This document shows positions 38,640 through 50,688 of a stretch of DNA of 64,000 nucleotides, in pieces. The notes beneath the pieces were generated by a model. It saw only the letters and a program-made list of their open reading frames with translations. It searched no databases and was not told the origin of the DNA. Position 1 is the stretch's first letter. Each line of letters opens with the position of its first letter. The DNA comes from Guillardia theta CCMP2712 (taxonomy: Eukaryota; Protista; Cryptophyta). The stretch covers positions 130,846-194,845 of the forward strand of contig NW_005434599.1 of assembly GCF_000315625.1 (NCBI RefSeq), given 5' to 3'. The position numbers and the translations under genes are program-made.

Positions 38640-39020
38640 AACTTCAGCCCGGACTCCGGCGCCGGGCGGCCGGACTCAGCGGCGCCGGCGGCCCCCGGGC
38701 CCCGGACGGCGCGGCGGCACTCCGTCCCGGGTCGTCTCCGACCCGGACCGCGGCCGCCGGCGGGCCGGGAGTCGAGGGCCGCCTCAGCGGACCGCCGGAC
38801 CGTGGCGGCCGCCTCGGAGGCTCGAACTGGCGATGGCACCGTGACTGATCAAACTTCTGGCGACGGTTTACTCAGTCGGACTGAACGGTACTAGCCTCGG
38901 ACCCGATGATCTCACTGAGCCGCGGCCGCCCGGCCGGGCCGCCGCCAGCCGGCGCCGACGGCGAGTCCATCCCCGGGGAGCTGAGCCTGCGCCGGGTCGG
39001 ACCGTCGACGGCGACTCCGA
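38640..39020. other. GC-rich, palindrome-dense intergenic island
   Basis: Same texture as the other islands. Confidence 0.6.
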
Positions 39021-39219
39021 CTTACGACAGGATACCAAAGCAACACAGCATGTCCGATTCGATGCTCTCGACGGTAGAAACTTCAGGGAACTCAACCCTA
39101 CAAGGACAAGATTCACACTGATCCAGCAGCAGAGTCGTCGGATCATCGCGCCGTGAGCCGCTAGTAGCCTTCAGGGCTGATAAGTCTCCGAAGCTTCATC
39201 TCGCCCTCACAAGTTCCTC

Positions 39220-40266
39220 TCATTCGTCGTCGTCGTCGTCTTCATCGCCGGTCATCGGAACCCTGAGAGGCTTTCCACTGCTACCGATCGCTTGAATGTC
39301 CGGACGGTTTGCAAACTTTGGGGCAGAGTGTCAGAGACGCAGCATCGGGCGCACAAAGGAGCAGAAGACACCCTCTATCACCTGCAGGATCGGGCTGCTC
39401 GTTGTGACGAATCGCAACCTGGAGCCAAAGTTCACCATGATGAAGAGGATTAAGTAAGAAGAGGAGAGAGGGGAGAAGTCTGGTCCAGCAGGACTCCAGG
39501 ATGCACCCACCTTCCATCCACCCCACTCGACATCAACGTAGACATCGGGCCATGCTGATGAACCACGCGGGAGCGACAGAAATCAGTTGACAAGCACATG
39601 AGGTGGAGGATGTACCGGCCTCGGAGGGGTTGTGGTCTGGAGCTCAGAAAGCAGCGCAGTTCCCCTGTCCCCGACCAAGTCACTTGGATTGCACGAGATT
39701 ATGGAGATGCAGACTTGTCGTATGATGAAGACAAGGCGTGCAGACTGTCAATCGTCTGCTGGAGTTTTGCAATCTGTGCAGAATTCGTCACAGGAGGAAG
39801 AGCAAACAGATGTAGCGAGAGATGTAATACCTTCATTGCCAGGAGTCTTTCAAGAAACTCTTTCGGTTGTTCGAGCTCTTGTCCATGTCTATTCACCTTG
39901 ACATGTTCATCGTCAGCACACAACTCAACAGATGCCACCTATCGTCGTCTTCTCACCATCGCTTTTGCTTTGCACAGGTCGGCATCTATCTCGTTCACTT
40001 CAGCTTCGAGCTGCGTTTTCAGGGAGTGCAGCGATGCAAGAACCCAGGGAGCTAGATCAAGATTCTTCTTTAGAGAGTTGAACGCAGAGAGCAAGAAATG
40101 GCCAGTAGAGAAAAGTCGGTGGGGAAGGAGCCTCTAGAAACTACGGGCAGGTGCTCTTGGGACAGGGGAGGATATTTATCAGGCATCTTTCGAATCGGTG
40201 GAAACGGAAAATAAGAGGAGGAATATTAGATACTGAGTAATAGAGTGATTCTCAGTATCGCCCATC
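39220..40266 (-). CDS. Hypothetical multi-exon protein with a coiled-coil segment and acidic C-terminus
   Basis: Coding-like blocks (LHSLKTQLEAEVNEIDADL; IAKLQQTIDSL; ...GDEDDDDDE*) separated by short GT-AG introns; exact structure uncertain. Confidence 0.4.
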
Positions 40267-41110
40267 GATCTACCCCTCTCTTCCCTTCCTTGTGACCATT
40301 CTTTCCCACCTCCGCCATTCCCACTTCTCAACTTCCCGCACCCCTCGACCCGCTGCCCCATTCCCATACTATCACGCCCTGCTCTCTGTCTCTCCCCTCT
40401 CCCACTCTCATACTCCTCTTCGAGCTCCTCCTCCTCCGCCCGGTCCTCCTCCTCCCTTACCGTCCATGTCGTTGGAACTACGAATCCGCCATCGGCCGCG
40501 GCCCGAGCCCGCCTCACTATTCTTACCTAACACCAGGAGGGTGGGCTGTTATAAATAGGGTAGGGGTACTTTATTTGTGGTTTAGAAGGGGTTATTTGAT
40601 AGTATATTTTGGGGGTTATCAGTTCTTGGTTGAGAATGTGTCAAGGGGGTGGTACATCATGTAGGGTGGTGTTCTGTGGGTAAAGGGGTGGGTGGGTAGG
40701 GAGAAAGGGGAAATTGCAGGCTCGTGATGGAGTGGGCGAAAGGCGATGGTGCAGGGGACGCGGTGGCAGCAGACGAGGAAGGAGAAGAGGTAAGAATGCA
40801 CATGCGTGTATGAGCAGAAGAGGAGGAGGGGTGGGGAGGGGAGGAAGACGGAGTGGAAGGAGAAGAGTGGGAAGGAGTGATGATGGAAAGGAGATAGGAG
40901 GGAGGATGAGGCTATTCAGGTAGGAATGGTTCGCAGATGACGGTGTGATAGCAAAGTGAAGACGAGGCTATCTGCGGTGAGAGGATAGTAGTTGACAACA
41001 ACAAGAATCGTTCGAGTGAGGATTTTGGATGGGGCTGGATTATATCCTCTGCTTCTGACAGCGCTGGCTACGAAGTCCCTCCTCCCTGTCAAACTCACTT
41101 TCTTTGGGTA

Positions 41111-42279
41111 GGTTTACCTCGGAACTTCGAAGCTGTTTGGGAATCAGTGGGATGGGAGCGTAACCTTTCTGGCAAAGGACAAGAGCAGGAGGACTTGTCA
41201 ACTCCCCTGCGGCGTCTCCGATGTTGCCTTCGTCGGCTCAAAGTCGCACATCGGCGTCGCATGCGATGACGGAAACGTGCTAGTCCTTGAGTCCTCGTCC
41301 ATGGGTGTGGAAGGATGGCGACCTCTACACATCCTCGCAGAGCATGACGACATGGTCACCTCCGTGGGCCCCTGCCTGTCTACATCTGGCAAGCTTGCCA
41401 GCGCAAGTGCCGATGGCAGCGTCAAGACATGGAGCCTTGCTGTGAGCGGAGAGTCCGGAAGCCTCTCGACCTTCTCAGGTCCTACTTGCTGCCTCGCTAC
41501 CTTGCTCGAGAGGAGGAGGTGACGTGACGCGCAGGTCACAACGCGGCTGTGTGGGATGTGGAGTTTCACCCTGATGACGAGCATGTGGGTATCGGATCTC
41601 TGCTTGTTCCCCCCTCACCACACGATCAGGTGCTGGCGAGTGTTGGGCAGGACGGGACTCTCCGACTTTGGGATGATCGAACAAGTGGAGGCGGCGCGAG
41701 CGTGATGACGTCAGAAAACCAGGTCCGTTGCTCCCCCAGTCAGCCCTGCCTTGACTTGGCCCCAGAACCACCCTCTCTTCTGCTTGTCCTGGCTCAAGAA
41801 TGCCAGCATGCAGATAGCAGTGGGTTCAGAGGAGGGCAAGGTTATCATCTACGACGCCAGGGACCTTCAGGTTCGGCCAGCGAGCAGGAGGGAGCGGGGG
41901 AGGACAGGAGCAGGAGGGATGGGGAGGGACAGGAGCAGGAGGAAGGATGACAGTGGCTGATGCGTTGCTCAATAGAAGGCCTGCTCGACTTTCAAGGCCC
42001 ATGACGACAGTGTCCGGCGTATCGTACCAGCAGGTTCAGTGGGATCGCGGGGTGCGCCTCTTGTCTGACATCTGCTGGCTTGTCTGTACAGGTGCTGGCA
42101 TCGTCTCTGCTGGGGATGATTGCGCTGTCAAGTACACGAGGGCTGACAGTGCCGACTTGAAACCTTCCTTGGTCTACAAGCACAAGGACTATGTTCGCGG
42201 TCTCTGTACAATTTCCGCTGGAAAGCAAGTACTCAGTTACTCGTGGGACCATACCCTTATTTGCTCTAGTCTCAGTTGA
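41111..42279 (+). CDS. WDR77: WD40 protein, WDR77/MEP50-like (methylosome); start exon unresolved
   Basis: LGTSKLFGNQWDGSV, GVSDVAFV, EHDDMVTSV, SASADGSVKTW, GHNAAVWDV, SVGQDGTLRLWD, HKDYVRGL, SYSWDHTL. Confidence 0.7.
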
Positions 42280-42382
42280 TTGAAAACTGATTTGACTACC
42301 GCTCGTGCCACATCCAAGACTTGAACTCCAACTCCCGGGGTCACCGTCGCTGGGCCATGTTAAACGGGTTTTATTGCATGCA

Positions 42383-45300
42383 TCATGAAAGTTGGTACTG
42401 CTGAGCCAAAGTCTGGATCGTGGGAGCCAAGTTGGGAGCCTGCGAGGCTGTTTGCTGCAGCTTCTCGATCACAAACCTCCCAGCGTCCGGGACATCCTGC
42501 ATGCTAGTGAGCCACACTTGCTCACAACTCCATAATAGCGAGAGCAGCATACCGGGAGAGGGTCAGTGGCTGCCTTGTCCTGCGCTGCGTTGTGTAGCGC
42601 CATGAAGGATGAGTTGTTGTAGCTGACCAAGAATTCAAAGTCCACATCGTCTTCAACATTGTTGTTCATATGAATACCCCCCTGCCCATAGATGTCAACA
42701 ACAGCGCCGTTTGATTCAACATGCATCACCCGATTGTTCTGTAAAGATTTACATACTGCATCCATGGCAGTGGCCCAGCACCCATACTTGTGTGCCCTTG
42801 GGCTTTCACATAATAGTCTGCACATACCGATCTAGAAACAGTGTCACACAACTCGCACCTACACGCACCAACAGTTGACACCTGGCAAACTTTCTTATCA
42901 ATTGAGTCGTTGACAACTTGATTTAACTTGGGAACCCAGACGTGACTGCAGCGAAAATCGTCAGATGGTGTCGAGTGTTTCCCCACAGGCTCACGTCAAG
43001 AACTGCTCCATGAGACCAGCCTGAGTTGATTCAAGTTGGTCCAGCAACATCTCGGGTCCATGCTTAGCGATGTACAGGCTGAAAAAGACTATCAAGCCAC
43101 GCAAGAACTTTCCGTTGCTAGCTTGTGGAAGCTTTTGGAACCTATCACGCCCTGTCAGTACTTAATTCACGAAGTCAGTGATGGGCTGACCTATCCAGAG
43201 CAGCATTTGTCAACACAGGCAAGAATTCGGGATACTTGCTTGACGGAACATGGCAAAGGATCGAGTTCAGAATACCAAAAGCATAGTTATCTGTCATCTT
43301 CGACATCATCAAAAATTGTATAAGGCCAAGTATTTGATGGAACAAAGCCTGGTTAGCGATAATGACGTCGGTAATGCGATTGATGTAGGCTTTGATCAGT
43401 CGGCTCAATGCAGGTTGATTGGCCTTTGATGCCCACACTGGTTGTTGCAAAAGAATAGGCAGGGTTTGAACATAGACTTCCGGGATCGGGGCAGGTCGCT
43501 TCTCGAGCAGTTGCGCCACCAGTTGAACAAAGTAAGGCTGGAATTCAGTAATGTCTTGCTCCATGACCATCTTGAACGGTGGCAACAACATTCCTTCCAT
43601 CGCATTGACAGCGTTGACGTCACCAGCGACGCATATTTGCTTGATAACTCCTGCTAACGTCTCAAGATGTAATGATGAAACGCTGGATTCTTCGGAGCAA
43701 TGTTCTGCTGGAAAGACTTGCACAGGTCGCTCAAAATTTCAGTTAGCTTTCCGGCCAGCAGAGCAGCAACCGTGACAACATCAGCCTGAGCCACGTTGAT
43801 CATCCTCATGACACACTTCATGATGTGGGGATTCTCCTTTGACGCAGTATGGTTGAGGGCAGCGAACAAGTTGGTCAAAAACGGCTGCAACATGGGCTGC
43901 AGCTCCACCCTGCCCACCCTGGGAACTTCTCCATCCTTGACAGTCAGCATCTTCTCCAAGCAACATGCTGCGTAGGTGTGGACGATGCAGTCTTGCGAAG
44001 TCAAGAGGACATTCAAAATAGGAAACATGACTGCATAGGCCTCCTTAGGAAGCTGGTTTCGGAAGATAAGCAGAAACTTGAGCAAGTCCGCCATAAGAAT
44101 TGGATTCTTAGAGACGTTCGCTGCAGTCACAGCTTGCAAATCTGGAAGGACATAACGCTGAAAGAACGAAACGATGTCAACGTGCGGGTTGATCATCACA
44201 ACACCTCCTGCTTTTGTCTCAGCCTTGACAGCCAAGGCGATGAACAGATAGATTGCGGCATCTTTTGCCTTCCACTTGCTGTTATCTGCCTGGTACTGAT
44301 TCAGAGCTGATTCTATCTCAGTCATGCAAAGTTGCGAAGTAGGCGCTTCAAAGTGAATACACATTGCATTCACCAACTCACATGTCACTCCCCTCCTTGT
44401 GTCTGTGACTCCACCTTCCAGGTCGCGTTGCATATACTCCAAGGGGTTGTCTTCAAAATCTTCTTCATCGCTTTCACGAATGCGCAGTCCAGGCACGACG
44501 ACATTGTTCACAATGCTCTGCAGGTGCGCTGGTTGGAAGAAGGTGTAGTGCGTGCCTTTCAACACCGAGGACAAGAACCTGATGGCGGCAGCAGCCAGCT
44601 GATCGAATTGATATTGAACACCGAGATGCGTCAAGAGCGCCCAAACATCTTCCACAAAGGTTCCAAGGTGCTTCTGGAAGACCGGTCTTTCATCGGGCCT
44701 TGAGCCTCGATCCGAGTCATCCACAATGACGATGTACTTGTCAGCATACAGATGCAGGGCCTCGCAGATGGCTCGTTGCATCTGGTAGAGTGAAGAGAGC
44801 TTCTCGTCATTATCGTTGAAGAGAGCTTTCACAGGATCTGGAAGGTTTAGAAGTTGGTGAAACCCTTGCATCCACACATCCAAGTTGTCCTCAAACACCT
44901 CTGGGATATCTTGGTAGTTCAAATCGTAAAAGATGCGAGCCAGGAGTTCAAGCGTCTGAAAAAGGACCTCCAGAATGGCTTTGTTTCCGGATTGTTGTTG
45001 TACCATGGCCAGACAGCTCGAGTGTGTCCTGAGAAGCCTTTCGTGAAGTGCCAAGACTGCTTTGATTTCAGCCCACAGTTCGTCCGTGTGAGAGGCAGTC
45101 ACATACTTCTGCGCGATAGCATGGATAATCTTTAAGGTTGCAACAGCAACTGCTGGATTGTCGCTGTCCAGATTCGACATGAGCTGCGGCAAGAGCTCGG
45201 GCCACTTTTGATCAAGAGGGAAGTCAGCATTGCAGATCGTGCTCAAAGATTCAGACAAGAAAGGCTGCAATTTCTCAGGCACAGTCATACTAGCCGACAC

Positions 45301-45591
45301 GATCTCGGCCTTGACAGCAGCCTTATCAGCGTCCGAGATAGAGAAATCATGACTCTCGCTAGCAATCCAGTGGTTATTGATCAAGTTCTTCAGCTGGATT
45401 GCACCTTGAAGCCGAATCTCAGCAGCAGGCTCGGAGGCACCAACTAGTCTCAACAGGAGCAGAGGGTATCCAGGCTGTACTTTGGCTTGATTCAGCTGCG
45501 CTTCTGCTCCCTTCCTAGCAGTTGGGTCCGGAGACAAAGTCTGTCCAAGAAAGTTTGCTAGATGCTGTAGGTTCTCAGGTGTAGGATTCAT
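42383..45591 (-). CDS. CSE1: Exportin-2 / CSE1 (importin-alpha export receptor); apparent 1-nt frameshift near 43664
   Basis: LGQTLSPDP..RKGAEAQL, AIQLKNLI..HW, DFP..WPELL, FYDLNYQDIPEVFEDNL, DEEDFEDNPLEYMQRDLEG..TRR, WKAKDAAIYL, VHTYAA, ENPHIMKCVMR, EFQPYFVQL. Confidence 0.93.
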
Positions 45592-46409
45592 CCTTCAGAA
45601 CCCCTGACCCGCTCCCTTTTTGTCTGTCAGAACAAGACGAGAATGATGAAGGGTGTTTACTGAAGCTTTGTCCTGTCAGCAAACGAGTGAGTCACGCAGC
45701 AGACTTTGATATGATCAACAGGTAACACTATCTTTGATCAAGAACTGATGCATATGAGCATAGAGACAAATCGAACACTGATATGAAATTTCAAATATCA
45801 ATATAACACAGTTTCGTTCGAGGAATAGGAGTCTCCTTCCTGCATCAGCTCATATGCATGTATTTCAAAGTCAAGCAGGTCTGTGTTAATGACGGCACAT
45901 AGCACACGAAGAAAGCAACAAGGAAAGAAGTGCTTTGTGGGTGACACAAACATATTTTGTGCTGCTGCCAACCATTGACTTCTTCCTCACTTGTGTGTAC
46001 GTGAATGAAACTTTCTACCACAAATCGCGTCTTCATTTTTCTTTGAATTTCTTGTCGATCATCTTTCCCCTCACAATGCCGTCACCTCTTCACTGCTTGC
46101 AACCCTCAGCAGGAGGCTGCATCGTAAGATCCTCGTACAAGATCATGCCTTGTTCTTCCTTCACTTCGATCATCTCAGCTAATCTCATCGACCAATGTAC
46201 GTCTCTCACTTCATTCAACTCCTCTTCCCGCTCTCCTGCTCCTGCTCCTCCCTCTCCTCCCTGCCCCATCCTCCCTACGGACATCCCGCGCTCTCCCGCC
46301 ATTTGAAGCGTGACTACCACCGGTAGATGGGATGTTCAAAATGAGGGTCCTACAATGAGGGTGGGGTGGGGGTCCTTCAAGGACACCTCATCCTCAAAAA
46401 AGAAAATTC

Positions 46410-46850
46410 TCACCACCCGTACCTACCCCCACCCCATATTTTGACTTTAGACCCCTTCTATCTACTACAAAAAAGTGGGTCTTTTTATTAAGCAAATCAC
46501 TACCCCTACCCACCTCACTCATTTTCAAAATTTGAATGCCTGAGCGACGTTCTATAATCACCCTACCCCAGAATGGATTCCTCACCGGTCCTTCCCAACA
46601 TTCTCTACTACCCCCGTGTCCTTGTTGCACGTCTCGTGAGGGATTATTCACCGGTACAGAGGAGAAAACAAGTACCCCTACCCTCCTCTCGGTTTGGGCT
46701 TGAACATACTACCCCCATATCATTGATCCAACTCACCCCTTCTTTTGACTCTCCCTGATCACTCCTTCGTAGGGTAGGGTAATGCACTAAAGGTGGGGTG
46801 ATTATCACGTGTCAAAAGGGGGTACTAGCAACAGATACCCTACCTACCCG
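46410..46850. promoter_or_regulatory. Representative cluster of CCCTACCCC/GGGGTAGGG motifs in a divergent spacer (putative promoter element)
   Basis: Copies near 46420, 46501, 46561, 46770 and 46836 between divergent CSE1 and the channel gene; similar clusters upstream of most genes in the window. Function inferred only. Confidence 0.5.
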
Positions 46851-47007
46851 TATTTTCATCCATCATTGAGTAGGTGAGGTCATATGTACCGGTCTAATTT
46901 ATAATGAAAAGCATGGTGGTGAAAAATTGAACCAGCAGGGTGGGTACTTAGGGTATCAAGAGTGGGGGTACTGAGGGTGTTGGAGATCAGTTGATTGACT
47001 TGCGACA

Positions 47008-50000
47008 ATGGAGGTGCGGCAGGAGATTGGGAGCAGGGATGGACATCATGGGGAAGAGGAGGACAAGGAGGAAGAGAAGGGAAGAGAGGTGCCAAGACTA
47101 GGATATCAGCCATATGATCGAGATAATAGAATGAAGCAAGGTAATGAGCTGCATGGTTGGAAATCTTGGGAAATCAGCGAAGAGGAGAGGAGGAGAAAGG
47201 TGTTAAGGTTTCTCTGGGGAAGGGGAGGAGAGGCCTCAAGAAGAATTGGGAGGTTCGCACGCGAGATTGGACGACAAGGAATAGGAATTCGAATAATGGC
47301 AGGAGAGCGCGTCTTCAACAAGGGCGAGAGCAGCGATTCTTTCATGATCATCGCAAGCGGAAGGGTTCGTTTGACTGGTTCCCCACTGGGGCAAGAGACA
47401 CTCGAGGGAGCGAATGCTCGGACATGCGGGGCGGGATCGTGCTTGAGCGAAGAGGTGCTCCTGGTGGGCAGAGGAGTGGATGGTTGCCACAGGAGGAAGG
47501 ATACTGCAACAGTGCTGGACGACGAAGACTGCTACCTGGTGGAGTTTCCAGTCCGTGCAGTGCTGAGATGGTTCGAGAAAGAGCCTCCCATCCTCGACTA
47601 TGTAAGCGAGTCCTCGATGTTCATGTCAGCAGGGCGTTCTAACAATGTCGGGGCAACAGATCCAAGAGCATGATCACAGGGACCGAGCCGCGCGTAAAAT
47701 CCAGTCATACTACAGGGGCATCAGAGCGAGGAAGGAGAAGGTGAGCCGGGTGCCTGTCTCAACGTTACTCGTCTTGTCTCAACGTCATTCGTCTTGTCTC
47801 TCCGTCCTCATCTTGACTGCGTGCTGTCTCTCATGTCTGTCGCGTGCAGGCTCAGAGTCTCCTTGCTCAGCTTCAGCTGGCTGCCAGGAGGTCTGTAGAT
47901 AGGTGGAAGAACCTGTCGCCCTATGCTAAGGTGCTCGATATCGCCAGCGTGCTTCCCCCTCTCCTTCTCACACTCTCCGGCTCTCCGGCTCTCCTGCTCT
48001 CCGGCTCTCCCTCTCTTCCTCTCTCCGGCTCTCCCTCACCCTTTCCGACTTCGTCTCCCCTCTCGCTCTCGCTCTCGCTCTCTCCCGCTCCCTCTCCCTT
48101 CCATCATCCTGCCCTTCGTCGTGCTAGCCCCTCTGTGCGTTCCTTGACCATACTTTCGCTAGGGTTACTTGTCTGTTGTAAGCGCCATGTCACAGCAAGG
48201 GGGGGCCATTGCTGTGTACGACAAGCGACTTGAGTCCTCGCACAAGATCATCGAGTTCGTGCGCCCTTGATACTTTTTCTCTTGTCTTATGACTTCACAG
48301 CACACCCGAATCGTCAGAGTCTCAGGACCCTAGTCAGCAAGACCCAGGACATGCGCAGGAAGAAGGCCAGGACGAGCCTGCGGCTAGCATCTTCATCCCC
48401 TTCAAGAGTCGCTCCTTTACCATCCTCGCCATCACGATTGACAAGTGTGTCGACCTGCCATATCGGACAGGAGGGAGCATAGGAGAAGAGGTGGACGCCT
48501 GCTGTACCATCCGCTACGCCGATGCGGCGCAGTACACAACCCAGACCGTCCCTCGTTCGGTGAACCCTCGCTTCATGCGAACCTTCTTCTTTGCTATCCA
48601 GGGAGGGGAGGAGGAGGAGCATAACTTCGAGATCGAGGTGTTCGACACCTTCAAGTCATCGGGCTCGTGGACAGCATGGTTCAGATCACGGAGGAAGATT
48701 GGAGCGACGAGCTGGGTCCACCGAGAAGACATCTCTCGACGCTGGTTGAGCATCAGCGGGCCGGCAGGAGGCAGCACGGCATCCAAAGTCTTGGTACGCT
48801 CGCAGATGTTCCATGTGGAAGGGGACAGGACACCGCAGGCGGACTGGTCGAGGAGGGAGAGGATTCGATATCATGTGCTGGAGGAGAAGAAAGCTCTGCG
48901 CAGGAAGAAAGTCTCGAAGATGATGCAGAGATGGATGCTGAATGTTGCCGACCCGCGTCCTACCACCACATTCCTCGTCCGGCTGATCGAGCGCTTCAGG
49001 GACCCGTGGAACCTCCTCCTCCTCCTCGCCTCCTCGTGCGCGATTTTCACCTCCTCCTTGTCTGTCTGTTTCCTTGTGGAGCGAACTCCCCACGACTGGC
49101 TCTTGCTCCTCAGCACAGCACAGGATCTTGTCCTCGTCCTCGACCTCTTCCTCAGAAGCGTCAGGTGCGATTCATGCTGCAAAACGGGGGTGCAGGAGGG
49201 GAGGACAAGCTTTCAGTGCTTGAGGCACTACCTGGGCCTTGAGATGCTCCTGTCCCACTACCGGCGATTCCTCATCAGCTTCCAGGAGGACACAAGAGGC
49301 TGGACCCAACTCTCCTTCCCGTCCTGCCCGGGGTCAACAGCTGGATGGTTCTGGATGGACTCCCTCACGAGTCTCCCAGCTGAGCTTCTGCTAAAGGTCT
49401 ACGAGATGCCGACCGACCCCTACGATCGCCTCCACTTCAGCCCCTACCGGCTCCGCATCCGCCTCCTCCTCCGCATCGTCCAGCTCCTGAAGCTCCTCCG
49501 CGTCTTCCGGGTGCGCGAGCTGCTCAACGACCTGCAGGACCGGAGCTCCGCCTGGCGGCCGGCCGTCTCAGCTGGGAAGCTGCTGCTGTTCTCCTGCATG
49601 TGGCTGCACTCCCTGGCATGCATGTGGTTCTTTGCTGCCTCCCAGGCAGCCCGGGACCAGCTGGGGTCAAGCTCGTGCGACATGTCAACGCTGGAGAGCC
49701 GGGAGCCCTCGGTGCGCTTCTTGTGCTTCCTGCACTTCACGCTGAGGAGCATCGCTTTCTTGGGGTCCCCTGACCTCCCCGGGGAGCTCAGCTCCACCAT
49801 CGTCTTCTCCTTCCTCGGGATGTCCATCGGCCTCACCCTCCTCCCCCTGCTCGTCCTCCGCGTCTCCGCCCTCTTCTTGCGAGCCCACGACCTGCGGCAG
49901 AGCAGCTTCGTGCGGGACAGCCATGAGATGCTGCGGTACCTGCGTGACAGGAAGGTCCCTCCGCTCCTCCTGTCCGACATCACCCGCAGCATCAAGACGC

Positions 50001-50085
50001 ACTGGGAGCACAGCAGGGCACATGTCGAGCTCGCTCCTCTCCAGAGGCTTCCGCTGTGTCTCCAGGTAAGAGGAGCAGGAGCAGA

Positions 50086-50130
<45 letters not shown>

Positions 50131-50600
50131 ATGCCGTCTTTGACTCTCCATGCGCAGGTCCGAGTCTGCATGGCGGAGTTCCGCTCCCTCCTTGCTCATG
50201 TTCCCTTCCTGCGGCCCAGACTCGACGACGAGAGGTTGTGGGAGATGCTCCTGCAGGGGCTGAGGAAGGTGAGGAGGGAGAGGCTCTGCCGCAGTCTAGC
50301 GTCTCATGCCGAACAGGTCAACTTCTCTCGAGGAGAGTTTGTGCTGCGGGAAGGCGACGCGGTGGAAGGGATGTTCATCATACAGGAGGGAGCATGCGAG
50401 CTGCTGTCGGAGAGGGCCCGACGCTATGCTGCCCCGCCGTCATCGGGCGACGTCTCCTTTCTCGACCTTGGGTTCCCCTCCTCCTCCTCCTCTGTACTTT
50501 TTCCTCACCATCCCCTGCAGCTTTCACCTCCATCCGAGTGTCGTCGGGGAGGAGGGCGTGTGCGATCTTGAAACGATGAGACAGGATGCAGACAGTAACT

Positions 50601-50688
<88 letters not shown>

